Of a stretch of 64,000 nucleotides of DNA, positions 8,901 through 18,930 are shown in pieces. The position numbers and the translations under genes are program-made. Positions within the stretch are counted from its first letter, which is position 1. Each line of letters opens with the position of its first letter. A model generated the notes under the pieces. That model was not told where the DNA came from. It was given only the letters and a program-made list of their open reading frames with translations, and made no database searches. The stretch is from Trichodelitschia bisporula. Lineage: Eukaryota. The DNA is taken from NCBI GenBank assembly GCA_010356995.1, contig ML996693.1, positions 992,001-1,056,000 on the forward strand. Direction: 5' to 3'.

Positions 8901-10497
8901 CAAGCTCGCTGAGGCTTCTAGCTACATCAGGGATGTGCCCAATGAGGTGGATGTCCACGTCAAGACGGCTCTGAAGGAGTGGATCAAGGCTAACGTTGCT
9001 GACATGGAACTACAGCTGAGAACGGCTCTCGCTGACGTCCAACGGCTCACGAAGGAGAAGCAGCAGCTTCAAGCAGAGAAAGACGCGGCCGATAAAACAG
9101 CCGCTGAGGCCGTTAGCACGGGCGAGAAGATACGCAAGGACGTGCATGTCTACGTCAACACGACCCTGAAGGACTGGATAAAGGCGGAGGTTGCCAAAGG
9201 GCAAGCGCAGCTGGACTCAATGCTCGCCGACGTCAAGAAGCTCACGGAGGAGAAGCGGAAGCTTCAGGATGACAAGACCGCGGCCGCCAAACGAATCTTA
9301 GAGCAGGCTGGTGAAATCAGGAGCCTAAAGACTGGACTGGCCGAGATGGAAGAGAAGTGCAAAGTCCACGTGGCTGAGATGAAGGCTGCACTCGAAGGAG
9401 AGAAAACTAACCTCTCTCTTACGAAGGCCCAGTGTGCCGAGCTATCGCATAAGCTCAGCGAGCGAATCTCCTCCGAAAGCAAGGGAAGCGCTTCCGATGC
9501 GGAACTCTCCCTTCTGCGTAACCACGTCGAGACCCTCAGGGCTGAGCTGAAGACTCTCAAGAAGTCTAAGGACGTGATAGCGCACGGCGCGCTCTCCACT
9601 GCCGTAACGACGTTTGGAAAGGAGAATTCGGAGCTGCGCAATCAGATTGCAGCCCTAGAAAGGAAACTTGAGAGAACTCGAGATCAGCTTGCTGACTGCA
9701 AATCACAGTCCGAAAAGGTTGCCAAGCTTAAGAAGAAGCTCTCCCTCGCCGAGCAGCTTGTCGAACAGCTCAGGATCAGACTCACCATCAAGAAGGGCTC
9801 CGCACCGCCGACTGCTGTCCGCGGCAACTCTCCCCCCTCCGTCGATGTGGTGATGACGGCGACGGAAATAGACAAGCTCATTGATGCCGCCACGGGCGCC
9901 CAGCGCCCTCTGCTCAAAAAGCTGCGCCTCGAGCTCACCACGAAGCAAGAGGTGATCGACACTTTAAACGCAGAGTTAAAGGCCACCGTGCTCAGATCTC
10001 AGTATGCCGCATGGCGAATCAAGCTCCTCGAAAACGACCTAGCCCACTCCATGGCCGAAGGGCTCCCCTACGGCGCGCGCGAAGTCTTCGAAAAGACATG
10101 CCACGACTGGGAAGAGTTGATCGAGACTGGCGACGTCACGCCGGACCAGCGCGCGCGCAAGGAGAAATTCTTCCGCTTGATCGAGGACGAAATGAAGCGT
10201 TTGTCGTTGAAGTGGAAGGTCGCTTTTGAGGACCGCCATGAGCGCGAGAAGCACCTTAAGGAGTCGTATGGCGTGTCGTCGCCCGAGGAAGGGAACTCGG
10301 AGGACGGCAATGATGGTGGCGATGAAGCTTCGTCCAAGTCTTCTTCGGAGAACTCGGGATCGGAAGTCAATTACGGCCTCGGGATAGATGGTGCGGGTGA
10401 TGGGCTGGACCCGGTGCATAGGCCAAAGGGTAAGTCGGGGGCGGGGCTGTCGCTGGACGAGTTGTTCCGCGCATTTGACCCTGCGGACGATGAGTAA
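2914..10497 (+). CDS. Giant (~2,527 aa) intronless protein: Pro-rich/acidic disordered N-terminus and a very long coiled coil; family not recognised
   Basis: Single 7.6-kb ORF, first ATG at 2914. E/K/L/A heptad-like composition from about aa 870 onward, with several internal repeats. Confidence 0.85.
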   Translation: MASPNEADSAPDSPGRNLAPAIANSPTTNSPTLPPPRPTQTENLFQVLGASDFSGHSSSSSISPGDFAGPEWPDDPPLPAERFIQVIDTEEVTMLDGASAEFDDFIMDLPSPPAFPVSPLPLSAREDEAVRTPLPLSPAEGEEETESSSEASGSTEMPAAEINPPSISTLDGPSAEASIPNLDGLSGIPFNGSNVDSDAPTSPNSITFGDNAPTSTSFSSDLTTRPATGPRTPRTPPRTSPPPSDSELSSPFDTSTPRAPVAPSRRAESRLRHREPDVIPISPVGETFDSPGPVTPPRRAESRFGHREPGVIPISHVKKTFDASPSPRDDSTNPRTPNPPAPTIPGPQSPNFDDPFTNAPLDPLNLEYANSEPSREGSPPEPDTGRLDEPLEELVEERYEGDENYEGDENYDGDEYYEDEYYEGDEYYDGDEYYEDEYYGGDEQYEGDYAEGDGPEGEEPEGDKPEGDKPECDEPEGDEPYEGCELEGDEPESHAPPGAEPPAIPGLTFDLPIRSRSLPPPAAPPPPGARPVRSYYGLGPLPRPSPSPLPRPNSSPLPRSESGPLPHPSSSTSLPPPAEEPKHNEPPPVPPRRQSAPVLPQELEDEFKEMDLDKALEYGRKQVMRQERPASPSASEASHRSGASSVGDPAFETPRTTRENSPEREDDEAKGDEAQGEKKKLQYWEGWEDDQRHFWVYDPDTGEERYRDIPLPPTAENQPPPGPRYPIVPLPFTNDSIAEADSRPKMERMKASSLSYVSCPPHNVDLARKQFNLPDGEPDFEDLRRIRSRDFIDTDYEDGAINPAPRELYKKFLASHSGVKDPHVFEEWAAKRKQEREKANLPPHAPLASSKLVPAPRWATEQIDCLTREREERREQLSEAYTDRAMMEKSLAKTTKQLEMTRAELKRMYAELEKLQEEIPEDDCRARLQKLEDKLAKAAQFINKQNEQMGEMSQYITQMEKHLHFLDGVDHELSDTKYDLGEARKQLKVVLEKMQRREDKLADTWAELQKCMQKREIDCEEIEEHERQIEELGKRLNDKDVDLESYLSQNKLLKAKLQEAQTQLAETQKQLESAAQEASNVQQEERNSECEETGALGRWIRELKAFLDHKEVDIAAYLEENDLLKTELREAQKQAKESQEQLELAAQEASTVQEELEKFRKFCESVQHLDIDALQKKLADYEAKNVNGLKEKLAKREAEMINLQNELAYYKEITADNIEREDIIDLLEDKLEYHKERVEELQLEIGEHWLVNTRELTEQLNFDDLKEKLAEAQACIRKLQTQLLGYQKRTADGGVQDRPTDEKRDGGEVFPYKRMGSYEDMERDLNKVSNQEQGGDVDMDRADEEEHAAPETRKSDVDGLKYKLAATHARVDELQEELAKYKDIAASLDKQDPAGEKEMDCDEVREELAKAKMDVEGLQKKLVQHEKLTQRLKQALKELTADYEELEEKYKRADKHGSWLDSENVGYQKDIEEYKGEVAALKLQLIESKAAQNQRAEHADHIMVAKDVYDSQLAATIASHEADMSDLLTQNVVIIEQEQAKRQEAEKKLAKEKAARQKAEAELEAIKSAQGAGVEKLQTELAEAKAAREKADSDLKDILAAQEDVVDNLQAEIEEEKAAADSLQAALVAEEAARQEAEEALETIQDELESKIQAIESELEFKLAVCEDRCALERAHHSEQIASCVEEIDQLRGERDRLRKNALSVALSTRIDSQLLAASWAFDSNSRTLEIQLPAAVDVAKAKSLFSQKQGSSRITALDTLNKVVADGMNKAKADMTARVADAAHVRSELEAKLKRISNDRKITELKSENAALKLQSDAHKLQSEKLMKKLSKMDTKRADEAHAQIATLTADNKQLEKELADLKKKCKEHHRTLQKKLDETVDERDDFEDKYKKLDAEYEDSKKNMKECWDYFKDKIATLEAENAKLKAAKDCSEHIAEKDKMAKRLYCLKDKYKAYLKAFDMGSMAKPVDDSDESNGGKADYLKKLKAENAKLRAKLAEASSYIRDVPNEVDVHVKTALKEWIKANVADMELQLRTALADVQRLTKEKQQLQAEKDAADKTAAEAVSTGEKIRKDVHVYVNTTLKDWIKAEVAKGQAQLDSMLADVKKLTEEKRKLQDDKTAAAKRILEQAGEIRSLKTGLAEMEEKCKVHVAEMKAALEGEKTNLSLTKAQCAELSHKLSERISSESKGSASDAELSLLRNHVETLRAELKTLKKSKDVIAHGALSTAVTTFGKENSELRNQIAALERKLERTRDQLADCKSQSEKVAKLKKKLSLAEQLVEQLRIRLTIKKGSAPPTAVRGNSPPSVDVVMTATEIDKLIDAATGAQRPLLKKLRLELTTKQEVIDTLNAELKATVLRSQYAAWRIKLLENDLAHSMAEGLPYGAREVFEKTCHDWEELIETGDVTPDQRARKEKFFRLIEDEMKRLSLKWKVAFEDRHEREKHLKESYGVSSPEEGNSEDGNDGGDEASSKSSSENSGSEVNYGLGIDGAGDGLDPVHRPKGKSGAGLSLDELFRAFDPADDE
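4108..4390 (+). repeat. Coding minisatellite: (E/D)GDEYY and EGDxP acidic repeats
   Basis: EGDENY EGDENY DGDEYY EDEYY EGDEYY DGDEYY EDEYY GGDEQY ... EGDGP EGEEP EGDKP EGDKP ECDEP EGDEP. Confidence 0.9.
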
Positions 10498-11085
10498 GGC
10501 CACGCCCCTGATGGCAAGTATATGCTCGATTTCTTTTCATGTCTTCAAGTTTTGTTGTACTTTGTATCTATTCTTAATGTATTCTGAGTTTAATATGCTC
10601 CCAATGCTGTGAGCGCTGCCGTTGTGAGTCGCCAGCCTTTTGCCAGAGCAGTTCATGTAGCCCCTGACCGAGTGACTATACAGTGCTACCTATGGGAAGC
10701 TCCTTGAGCAAGGCAGTTGCCTCTGAACCACTACATGGATCCGATCTTGGTTATGAGTGGACTTGAAGTTGATCCTTGCGCAAGCATATATCGCTTACGG
10801 GTCGAATGGCGCGCGAATATCAATCACGATAGCACGGAGGAACGAGAAGTCCGTGCAATTGGTGACTCCATGCCATAGCGTCCAGCTCGGATAAACGCGT
10901 TCTTCATCCCCCTCCCATGACTCCAGATGAACAAAGTCGTATCTAACGTATCTCGTCATGTACAATGGATAGTGATGCCTGTCCTTAAAGCTCGGATACA
11001 GGACTTTGACGCGCAAAAAGGTGCATGGTTCTAGCCTCTATGATACAAGAAAGCAAATCGGGGGTATCGTGCTGCTTCTCCTCCT

Positions 11086-13240
11086 CTAGTTCAATCCGAG
11101 ATGCTGTTTGCTCTTCTCGTAAACGACCCACGTCTAGTCAATCGTTAACACGAGCTGGGTTTATCAAAAGGGGCTGGACGTACGATCGACACGGCCGGCA
11201 CGACTTTGAGGAGGTTGGGCGTCAGTCCCTTGAAGAGGCCGCGGATACCTTCTCCCTTGAGGGTTTGTTGAAATACATCCCGAATGCCAGTATACGTGCG
11301 CGGATGATGAGCCGTCCCTTGGCTCTGAAGCCGGGTTCGCAGCAGGTTTAACGGGTATACCATGCTCGCGCCCAGAGCGCCTGAGCAACCGCCCATGAGC
11401 GCCGTCGCAAAGCTGCCCGGGTGCGCGTCCTTCTCGTTCATTCCGTACTTCTTCATGTTGCGAAGTGTGACACGACGCTTCAGGTACTCAAAGGTACCAA
11501 GGTCAATAGCGGCATACGGGAACACGCCAATCAGGCCCATCTGAAGTCCACGGTAGTAGGCTCGAACGCCCTCTCGCAGCCACATCTTGCGCGCCGTCGC
11601 CAGGATCAGCTTGTTGCCGTGAAGGCCGCCAGACACGGTGTCGCACTGCATGCGACTGCGCAACATTAGCAGAATTTCGAGACATAAAAGCCGATGCTCA
11701 CAATTTCAAAGTATCTAAGGGATAGATGAAGAATCTGATGGTATATTAGTGAGTAGACGTCATCACGAACTCGTTATAGGTGCGTACTGCGAAACCATCC
11801 CGCTGAAGCCGCCGGCAATATATTTGGCGACGGATGAGTGCTGGGTCTTATCTCCCCCTTCAAACTTGGCGATGAAGCGCTTTGCAGCCTTCAGCTGTTA
11901 ATAGCATGTTCTAGTATATGGCGCGGAAAGCAGCGTACCTCATATGACCCAAACTTGATCGCGGACTCGGGGACAATCTTCACGATGTTGATACCATTGC
12001 CTTGCTGAATCAGTCGTCGGTGTTCAAACATGATTGCCACTTACCGGCAAACAAGCTGCGCATTCCGCCGGCGGCCCACAAGTCCTTCATTGAAAGCCAG
12101 AGGGACAGGCCAGCGCTGCGAAGGGCCTGCAGGACATTGCCCGACTTTGCAGCTTGAACGGTGTCGCGCGTTGCCCCTGTTTGTGCGATGAGGTAGACCT
12201 TGAGGCGGTCCAGGGGCGCGGTCGTCGTGCGGGAGATAATGCCTGCCAGGCCACCTGCGATAAAGTACCCTGCAGAGGGCACGCATGCAATCAGCAATTG
12301 ACTGATAGAGGTCCATGTGAACGTGAGCGGCTCCTGAGGCTCCATTTCGGGATCTTCCGAATCCGACATGTCGATGTCGACGTCGTACAAATACTTTGAA
12401 AAAGATTCGAAGTCGTGAGAAGACGTTGTGGGATGCGATGTTGTGGCAATGAGAATGATTGAGGAGAAGAAAGGTTTGAGAAAAGCCAGTAAAGTACCTA
12501 GTCCTTGTAATGCTTCGTCACTAATATTTACATCGCCTTCGGGGTTGAGTTTGACAGTAGCAGAATAATATGATAGGACGGCGCGTAGGTTCGGCTCGGT
12601 AGCGGGTATAAACAGCAGAAAGTCTCTGGGGCAACTGTTAACTCATTGCCTGGCAGAATATAATGATATCCAAGACATCATTCACACGTACCTCCATTCG
12701 TCGAAGGACACCACGCCGTCGCTGTTCGAATCGACGTGCGCAAAGAAGCGCTCGAACTTGGACGCGGGCATGTCCATACCGGCTTTTGCGAAGGCCGAGT
12801 ATAGCTCCTTTTTGTCGAGCTTCCCATCCTGATTGTGGTCTATCGTCTCAAAAAGCTGTCGTAGCTCGCTCTCTGTCTGTCTCACAAACGAGCGGAATTC
12901 TTGGGCCAGTTAGCTTATGTAGGCGCAAGGGCCCGAGATAGCAGTGACGGCAGCAGTTCCCGCTGACCTGTATATGATATAAGGCCGTCCTTATTCTCGT
13001 CGATGGCATCGAGCACGTCCTTGAGCAGGGTATCTGCGTTTTTCAATGCTGTCGCAGTTTTTCAGCTATGATTGTTCTCGGTATCGGTCACCGCGGCGTT
13101 GGCAACGTACGGTGGTCCATTCGTTTCAGGCCCTCCTTCAAACCCTCCAGGTCCAAATGGCCCTTGCCCGTTGCGTTCAGCTTGCTCCATAGCTCTTCCA
13201 CTCGCGCATCCTGCGCGTTGGTGGACTCTCGTTGCATCAT
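11086..13240 (-). CDS. SAL1: Ca2+-binding mitochondrial ATP-Mg/Pi carrier (SCaMC/Sal1)
   Basis: Multi-exon gene. N-terminal EF-hands (DENKDGLISYTEF, DHNQDGKLDKKEL, DSNSDGVVSFDEW) and three carrier repeats (APLDRLKVYL, YPLDTLKFRMQ, YPLNLLRTRLQ). Last exon TWVVYEKSKQHLGLN*. Confidence 0.93.
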
Positions 13241-13920
13241 CAGCCGGCGAGGCAATGCTATGAATGACAACTCATGGTGAAGCGCGGACTAAGCTCGCGC
13301 AGGCGGTGTTGAATGAGCGCAGTTGGGAAGCAAGGCGAGAGGTGTGGAGCCAGTTGTCGTCTGGTGTTTTCCTTGGAGTCTTCAAGGGACGTCTAAAATG
13401 TGGGGCTGGGCGTTGCGCGCTGCGGGCACCGATGATGAAAGACTTGGTTGTTGGCTGGGATCTGCACTGCGGTACGTGCTTGTCCCGAACCGAGCCGTCA
13501 TCCGGCTCCTGACCCAATCATTGTCCAGAAATTTTTCAGCCCACACCTGTGGCGCATGTCCGGTCGCCGCAAGTGGCGCTGGCGGCGATGCATCCCGTTG
13601 ACGCTTGCTGTCAACGTCGACAACATATCTGTGGCGTTTGGAGTTCGTATGCTCGGTGCTGTGAGTTTTGATCTGACAAGGTCATCACCACGAGTGAGCT
13701 GCAGGTGGACTTGGTTTGATCTCAGTGTCTGCATTTTTCTACGACATTTTGAATTTCCTTTCTTTGCCGACTGGTAATTCACCTATTCCGTCAGGCATCG
13801 CTAGTTGAGTCCGGGGGCCATCAGCCTGATACTTCAGCATCGTGGATATCTTCCAGGACCCTTGGCAACACAAAGATACACTCAACACCTCCATCCGACT
13901 TCCTAACAGGCAACTTCACC

Positions 13921-15020
13921 ATGGCGGCCAACTACTGGGAGTCCTCGCAGCGGAAGTACTGGACCTTCTCGAAAAAGGGGCTAGCCGATGTTCGCAGGGC
14001 GCAGGAATCGGAACCCGCCAACAAGCAGCTCATCGCGACATATCCGCTACCGGAGCGACGCCTTCTCAACATCTACTTCCATCTGCAACTCGCCAAACTT
14101 GCTAAGCGCATGAGTGTGCGACAGCAGGCGCTCGCCACCGCCCAGGTGTACATGCGGCGCTACTACACCAAGGTCGAGATCCGGACGACGAATCCTTATC
14201 TCGTACTAGCGACATCACTCTACCTCGCCTGCAAGATGGAAGAGTGCCCACAGCACATCCGTATAGTCGTCGGTGAAGCGCGCCAGCTCTGGCCAGGTTC
14301 GTACCAGCTCGATCACTTCCCATCGACCACTTCCCAAGTAGCACAACCCATCTATCACTGCCATCCATCATTTCCCATCTATCACTTCCCATATATCACT
14401 TCTCACCTATCACGTCTCACCTGTCACTTCCCATATACCACTACCCTCCTACCACTTCTCACCTATCATTTTCTGTAGCCCGCCTAACACCTCCAGAACT
14501 CATCTCCTCCGACACCTCCAAACTCGGCGAATGCGAATTCAACCTCATCTCAACCATGAACTCCCAACTCATAGTCCACCACCCCTACCGCTCCTTCATC
14601 GACCTCCAAACCACCTTCAGCCTCGTGCAAGAAGAAGTCTCCCTCGCCTGGTCCGCCATAAACGACCACTTCCTCACAGACCTCCCCCTCCTGCACCCCC
14701 CCCACGTAGTCGCCATAACCGCCGTCCTCCTCGCCGTTGTCCTCAAGCCCACGCAAGGCAATCTGCAATCCCACGCGCAGAGCCTCCAAACCGCAATGAG
14801 CACCATCGCCGTCCCGCCCAGCAACACAGCACCCACAACCGCGCAAGCCCGGATTCAAAAACTAATAACTTGGCTCGCCGAGAGCAGCGTCAGCATCGAG
14901 GCCGTGGTCGACTGCGTCCAGGAACTCATCTCCCTCTACGATGTCTGGGAGTCGTTCAACGAGAAGCAGTGCAAGGAGCAGATTACCCGCTTCGTCAAGG
15001 CCCTCGCGCTGGACAAATAG
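13921..15020 (+). CDS. SSN8: Cyclin C, Mediator kinase module subunit
   Basis: [32 protein letters not shown] and [15 protein letters not shown]. Intron 14297-14496 joins to [31 protein letters not shown]. Confidence 0.95.
14311..14474. repeat. Degenerate 14-bp minisatellite (consensus about TATCACTTCCCATC, ~11 copies) filling the SSN8 intron
   Basis: TATCAC/TGTCAC/TACCAC units recur at 14380, 14394, 14408, 14422 and onward, at 14-nt spacing. Confidence 0.8.
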
Positions 15021-18000
15021 CCCCCGCACATTCCGCACCCGTTCTAGCCGCGGAACCTAGTCCGCGCCGCTACGTATGTACTATGTACTTGCCCACAGCG
15101 CGTGGGCGGCGCCTCCGTCATCGCTCTTTCCCCTACGCCCAACCGGGCAAACGTCGCACGCGCACCCGCCGCTCTCGGACCCGCGCATAGCACCCAGCAC
15201 CGAACTTAGTACTCATTCCGCGAGACCACGGGCAGGCGCGCTGTACGCAGCCCAATCTACCCGCGGCCAGGGTGTGGGCCGGTTTTCCGTTGTTCAAAGG
15301 GCCAAGGCGGCTAGGCTGGCGGCCTGCCCACCGGTCGGGGCCCGGAGGGCTGGGTTGCGGTTGGGATGCGTAGATTGCCGGCTTGGAACGTATATTGCAC
15401 GGTTACGGGCATATTTAGATGGATGTGTTGCTTGTGGACGGTTTGGGGAGGTGGGGGAGGCGGAGGGCGCCGGATGTAGGGATTATAAGGTGCACGGAAT
15501 GGGTTTGTTGGGGTTATTTCTTCGATATCAGATCTGCTATTGCTATGCAAATATGGCCTTGTCTACGGTACCCACTTCTGGGACTGGATTCTGGGTTTGT
15601 AGGGCGGGAGCTAATGCACCGTGGACCAGCGCGCGGACACGGCGAACCCTGTGAGATGTCGTTATTCTGGCACGTTGTGTACGTCAAGAATCGAGTGCGA
15701 GAAGCTGTTATCAGCTTGGCAGACGCGATATCCGCACGTTATATTCATGCATAGGGCCAGTGCATGCAGATTGCCTGACGGGAGGCGGTGGGGGTTGAAC
15801 TGCGGATGCACCTCAACGGATGCATGGGTCGGTGTGGCGAGAGGAGACTCGCTTCGGATTCGTGATATCAAACGTCGCCCGAAGGGCATGACGTACCGAA
15901 CGTCTCAAACAGCTGCACTCAAATAGCCGCAAACTCCTTCCTTCTCAGTAGCCGACAATGACGCCGAAAAGTCACATCACCTCAGCCTACCGTATATTCC
16001 GCCCAACAATTAGGCCAGCTGCACTATAACCTACCCGCTAGCCATATCGCAATATAAACCACACGCTTACACACCATACCCCTCGGCGCAATAAAGCCCA
16101 ATCAACCAACCTAGGCAGGACGCAACGCAACCTTTCAAACGCCCTCAATCTCCCACTCCGCACCCCAGGGCCAGGGTTCAGGGCATCCCGTTTCAACCGC
16201 AACAACCCCGCAGTCCAGACCGCCGCATCGTCGGAACGCACTTCGCCACCGGGGCAGAGCCGCCGCTCACCCCACCGTTGGGATCTTGCGCGCGCTTTGT
16301 CTACGCAGTACCGTGCGTTATTCTTCGGTAGACCAGTGCGCGGGTGGTGCGCAGGAGGATGCAATGTAGCGCCTTGTGCGGCGTCTTGTACCACACAGCC
16401 CGGTACAGGCGCATCGCTGACACTGTGGCCACACGCTTGTCCCAAGTGACTTCGTGCTACTGCATCGTGATGTATCGCCCCTTTTTTGCCCCCACGCGAT
16501 CTCCCGTGATCGTCCGTACCGTAGCGGTTTGCCGCAGTGGCAAATGGTGATGACAAAGGCGGGAACACGACGGCGGCCGTGGCGCTTAGGCGCCGCAGCT
16601 TGGCGGGATTGCGTGACGTCTGGCAAACGTTCGCCGGTGCCGTAAGCGCGATGGTTCGCGGCGAAAGACGAAGTACGAAGGATATTGCAGCAGCGATGAG
16701 TACGACGAGGCATTCTGATACTTTGTTATTGTCGCTGCTGCGCAGCTACAGGCCCGCGGCGCTGATTGAGTGGCTGTGACGTGCGGGCTGCGCCGGCGGG
16801 GTGGTGCGGCAGGGCCGGCGTCATGGGGCAAGGCATGGATGGCGGGAGGTCATGGGCAGTAAAGGCGCGGGGACGGCGAGAGCGAGGGGCGCGCGGTGTG
16901 TGAAACACAGCGGGGGTGGGCGCGATGGCTGCTATGCAACTCGGCGTGCGAATCGCTGTCCGACGTCGCTTTTGCGGGCCGTTGGAATGTTTCCTTTGTC
17001 TCGTTCGCAACGCTTCGCGACACCTTTGCCATCTGGCTTCCGCTGATCGGCAACGGTGCAGCGAATATAGATTCGGCGCGTGGGAGCGTGGTCGAATAAG
17101 GTGGCGGGCGCAGGGCGAACGGCGTGCGGCGGGCCAGGACAGGACGGGTCATGGGCTCTTGCAGGTGCGTGAAGGGTCAATTTGCGGAATGCGTGGGCGT
17201 GGAGATGGCCCTGTGGGGTGAGGGGGAGGCAAAGGCGGTCAGGAAGAGTGCTATGGGCCAATGCAGGCGGTGCTCGGCATGCATGAGGTGCATGTTTGGA
17301 GGGCCTGTTGATGCGGAAAGAGTTGTGCAGGGTAGGACGGGGTTGAAAGGAATGGGAACGGGAATGGGTAGAGGGAGCGTAGATTGCCATGTTCGTGATG
17401 ATGATGCGAGGAGGGGCGGAGGACGGATGGGGGAGCGGGGTGGACAAGGCTGGAGGCTGAGGGATGGATGGAGCTGATGGAGAACGGCATACGGGTCCAA
17501 GGCTCAAGGCTCATCGGGCGCGCCGCTTCTGGATTGGACTGGAAATTGGAGAGCAAGGCTGGATGGTGCCAGTGAGGTTGATGAGGGTGGGATGTGTGGA
17601 TGTTGGTGGAGGTAGTCGAGGAGAAGGAGGGGAAGGAGGGGAAGGAGGGGAGCCGGGGAGCGCCATGGGGAGGCCGCTTTTCTTTGGAGGTTTGGGGTTT
17701 GGGGACTGGGGCTAGGTATTCCAGAAGGGCAGATCTCCGTTGCTTGGAGAGAAGAAATGCAGGTGAATGGGCTGTGTGCTTCGAGAGGGGGTCCTGACTG
17801 CTGCGCTGTGCCTCTTGCATCTCTTCATCTGCAAGTGCATCACCACATCTCTCCACAACTTCACTTCTCTTTGAAGAGGTTGACAAGCATTCGGACAAGC
17901 CTCGCTCCAGTCTCTTCAGATCACTGCCACCTCCAGAAAAAGAGAGCCACCAGCAAAGACGAGCCAGTAGCACTGCCTCCCCCTCCCCCTCCCACCAAAC

Positions 18001-18930
18001 TGCATTCAGCCAATAAGACACAATGCCATCATCAAATGCCCTGCAACTTTTGCCCAGTCAAGCGATCTTCTGACGCTCGTGGCCCGTGCGGAGTGGCAGG
18101 CTTCCATGACCATCGTTACTGTTAATTGGCCCAGCATCCACTGCGGCGCCAGCCCCGGGCCCGAGGACGGTCCGTGCATCCAATCGGGAGGTCCTCGGCT
18201 AAATCCTCGGTGGTTTAGTGGCTCTCCAGGCCCTTGCTCCATCAGCGGCCCTTACCGCTAGTAGTTTAGTCGCCACTCAGCCTTGGTGCCTTGCGCCTTC
18301 AGTCTTTACCTCTTTCAATTATTCCCCCATCCCGCCCTTCCTGCCTTGCGCCTTTTCCACTTCTCTCTCTCCCTCTCTCCTCCCCTCACCTTCCATCCTA
18401 CGGTACCCCTAGTCTCTTTCCCACCCCCCCCTCCCCACCCACAAATCCCAGCCCACTCCAGGCCTGCCCAGCTTTCCCAACCCTCGTCCCGTCCACTCGC
18501 CCACACACCACCGTTCGAACCCACACAACTCGCACAGCGCACCACCTCTCCCACTCTAAACCCTCCCACCTCCCACCCACCACCCACCTTCTCAACCCAC
18601 CACCCCAGGATCCCACCACCTTCGGCTTCTCCCACTTTTTGTTCAATAGATCTTCCTTTCTCATCTTCCCAACCTTCGCATCGAAAAAAAGCGACTCGCG
18701 AGACCGGCTTAAACATATCCTACCTGAATAAGCCAGCTAAACCCGATTTCTCCGGACCGTCCCGCCCCTTTCGTGTGCCTGCTTTGAACGCCTCGCGGCT
18801 TTGTTGTCATTCCAAGGACCCGCCCTGAGTTGTACCTACACCTCACACCCGCCGCACTCTCCCCCCTCTTCTTCAACTTCCACCTTCACAACTCGAACAT
18901 CGTCGCTACGGCTTCTCCACAGATCGCACA

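Noticed and set aside
3030..10503. Many long antisense ORFs opposite the giant gene (also opposite DENN, UPF3, BCD1 and the GS tract, e.g. the (PE)n ORF 60801-61976)
   Set aside because: Expected shadows of GC-rich codon-biased genes; they carry no independent motifs.
15076..18021. Numerous 60-250 aa ORFs in the large intergenic region
   Set aside because: Arg/Pro/Gly-rich, overlapping in all frames, with no domain or consistent splice pattern; most likely chance ORFs.
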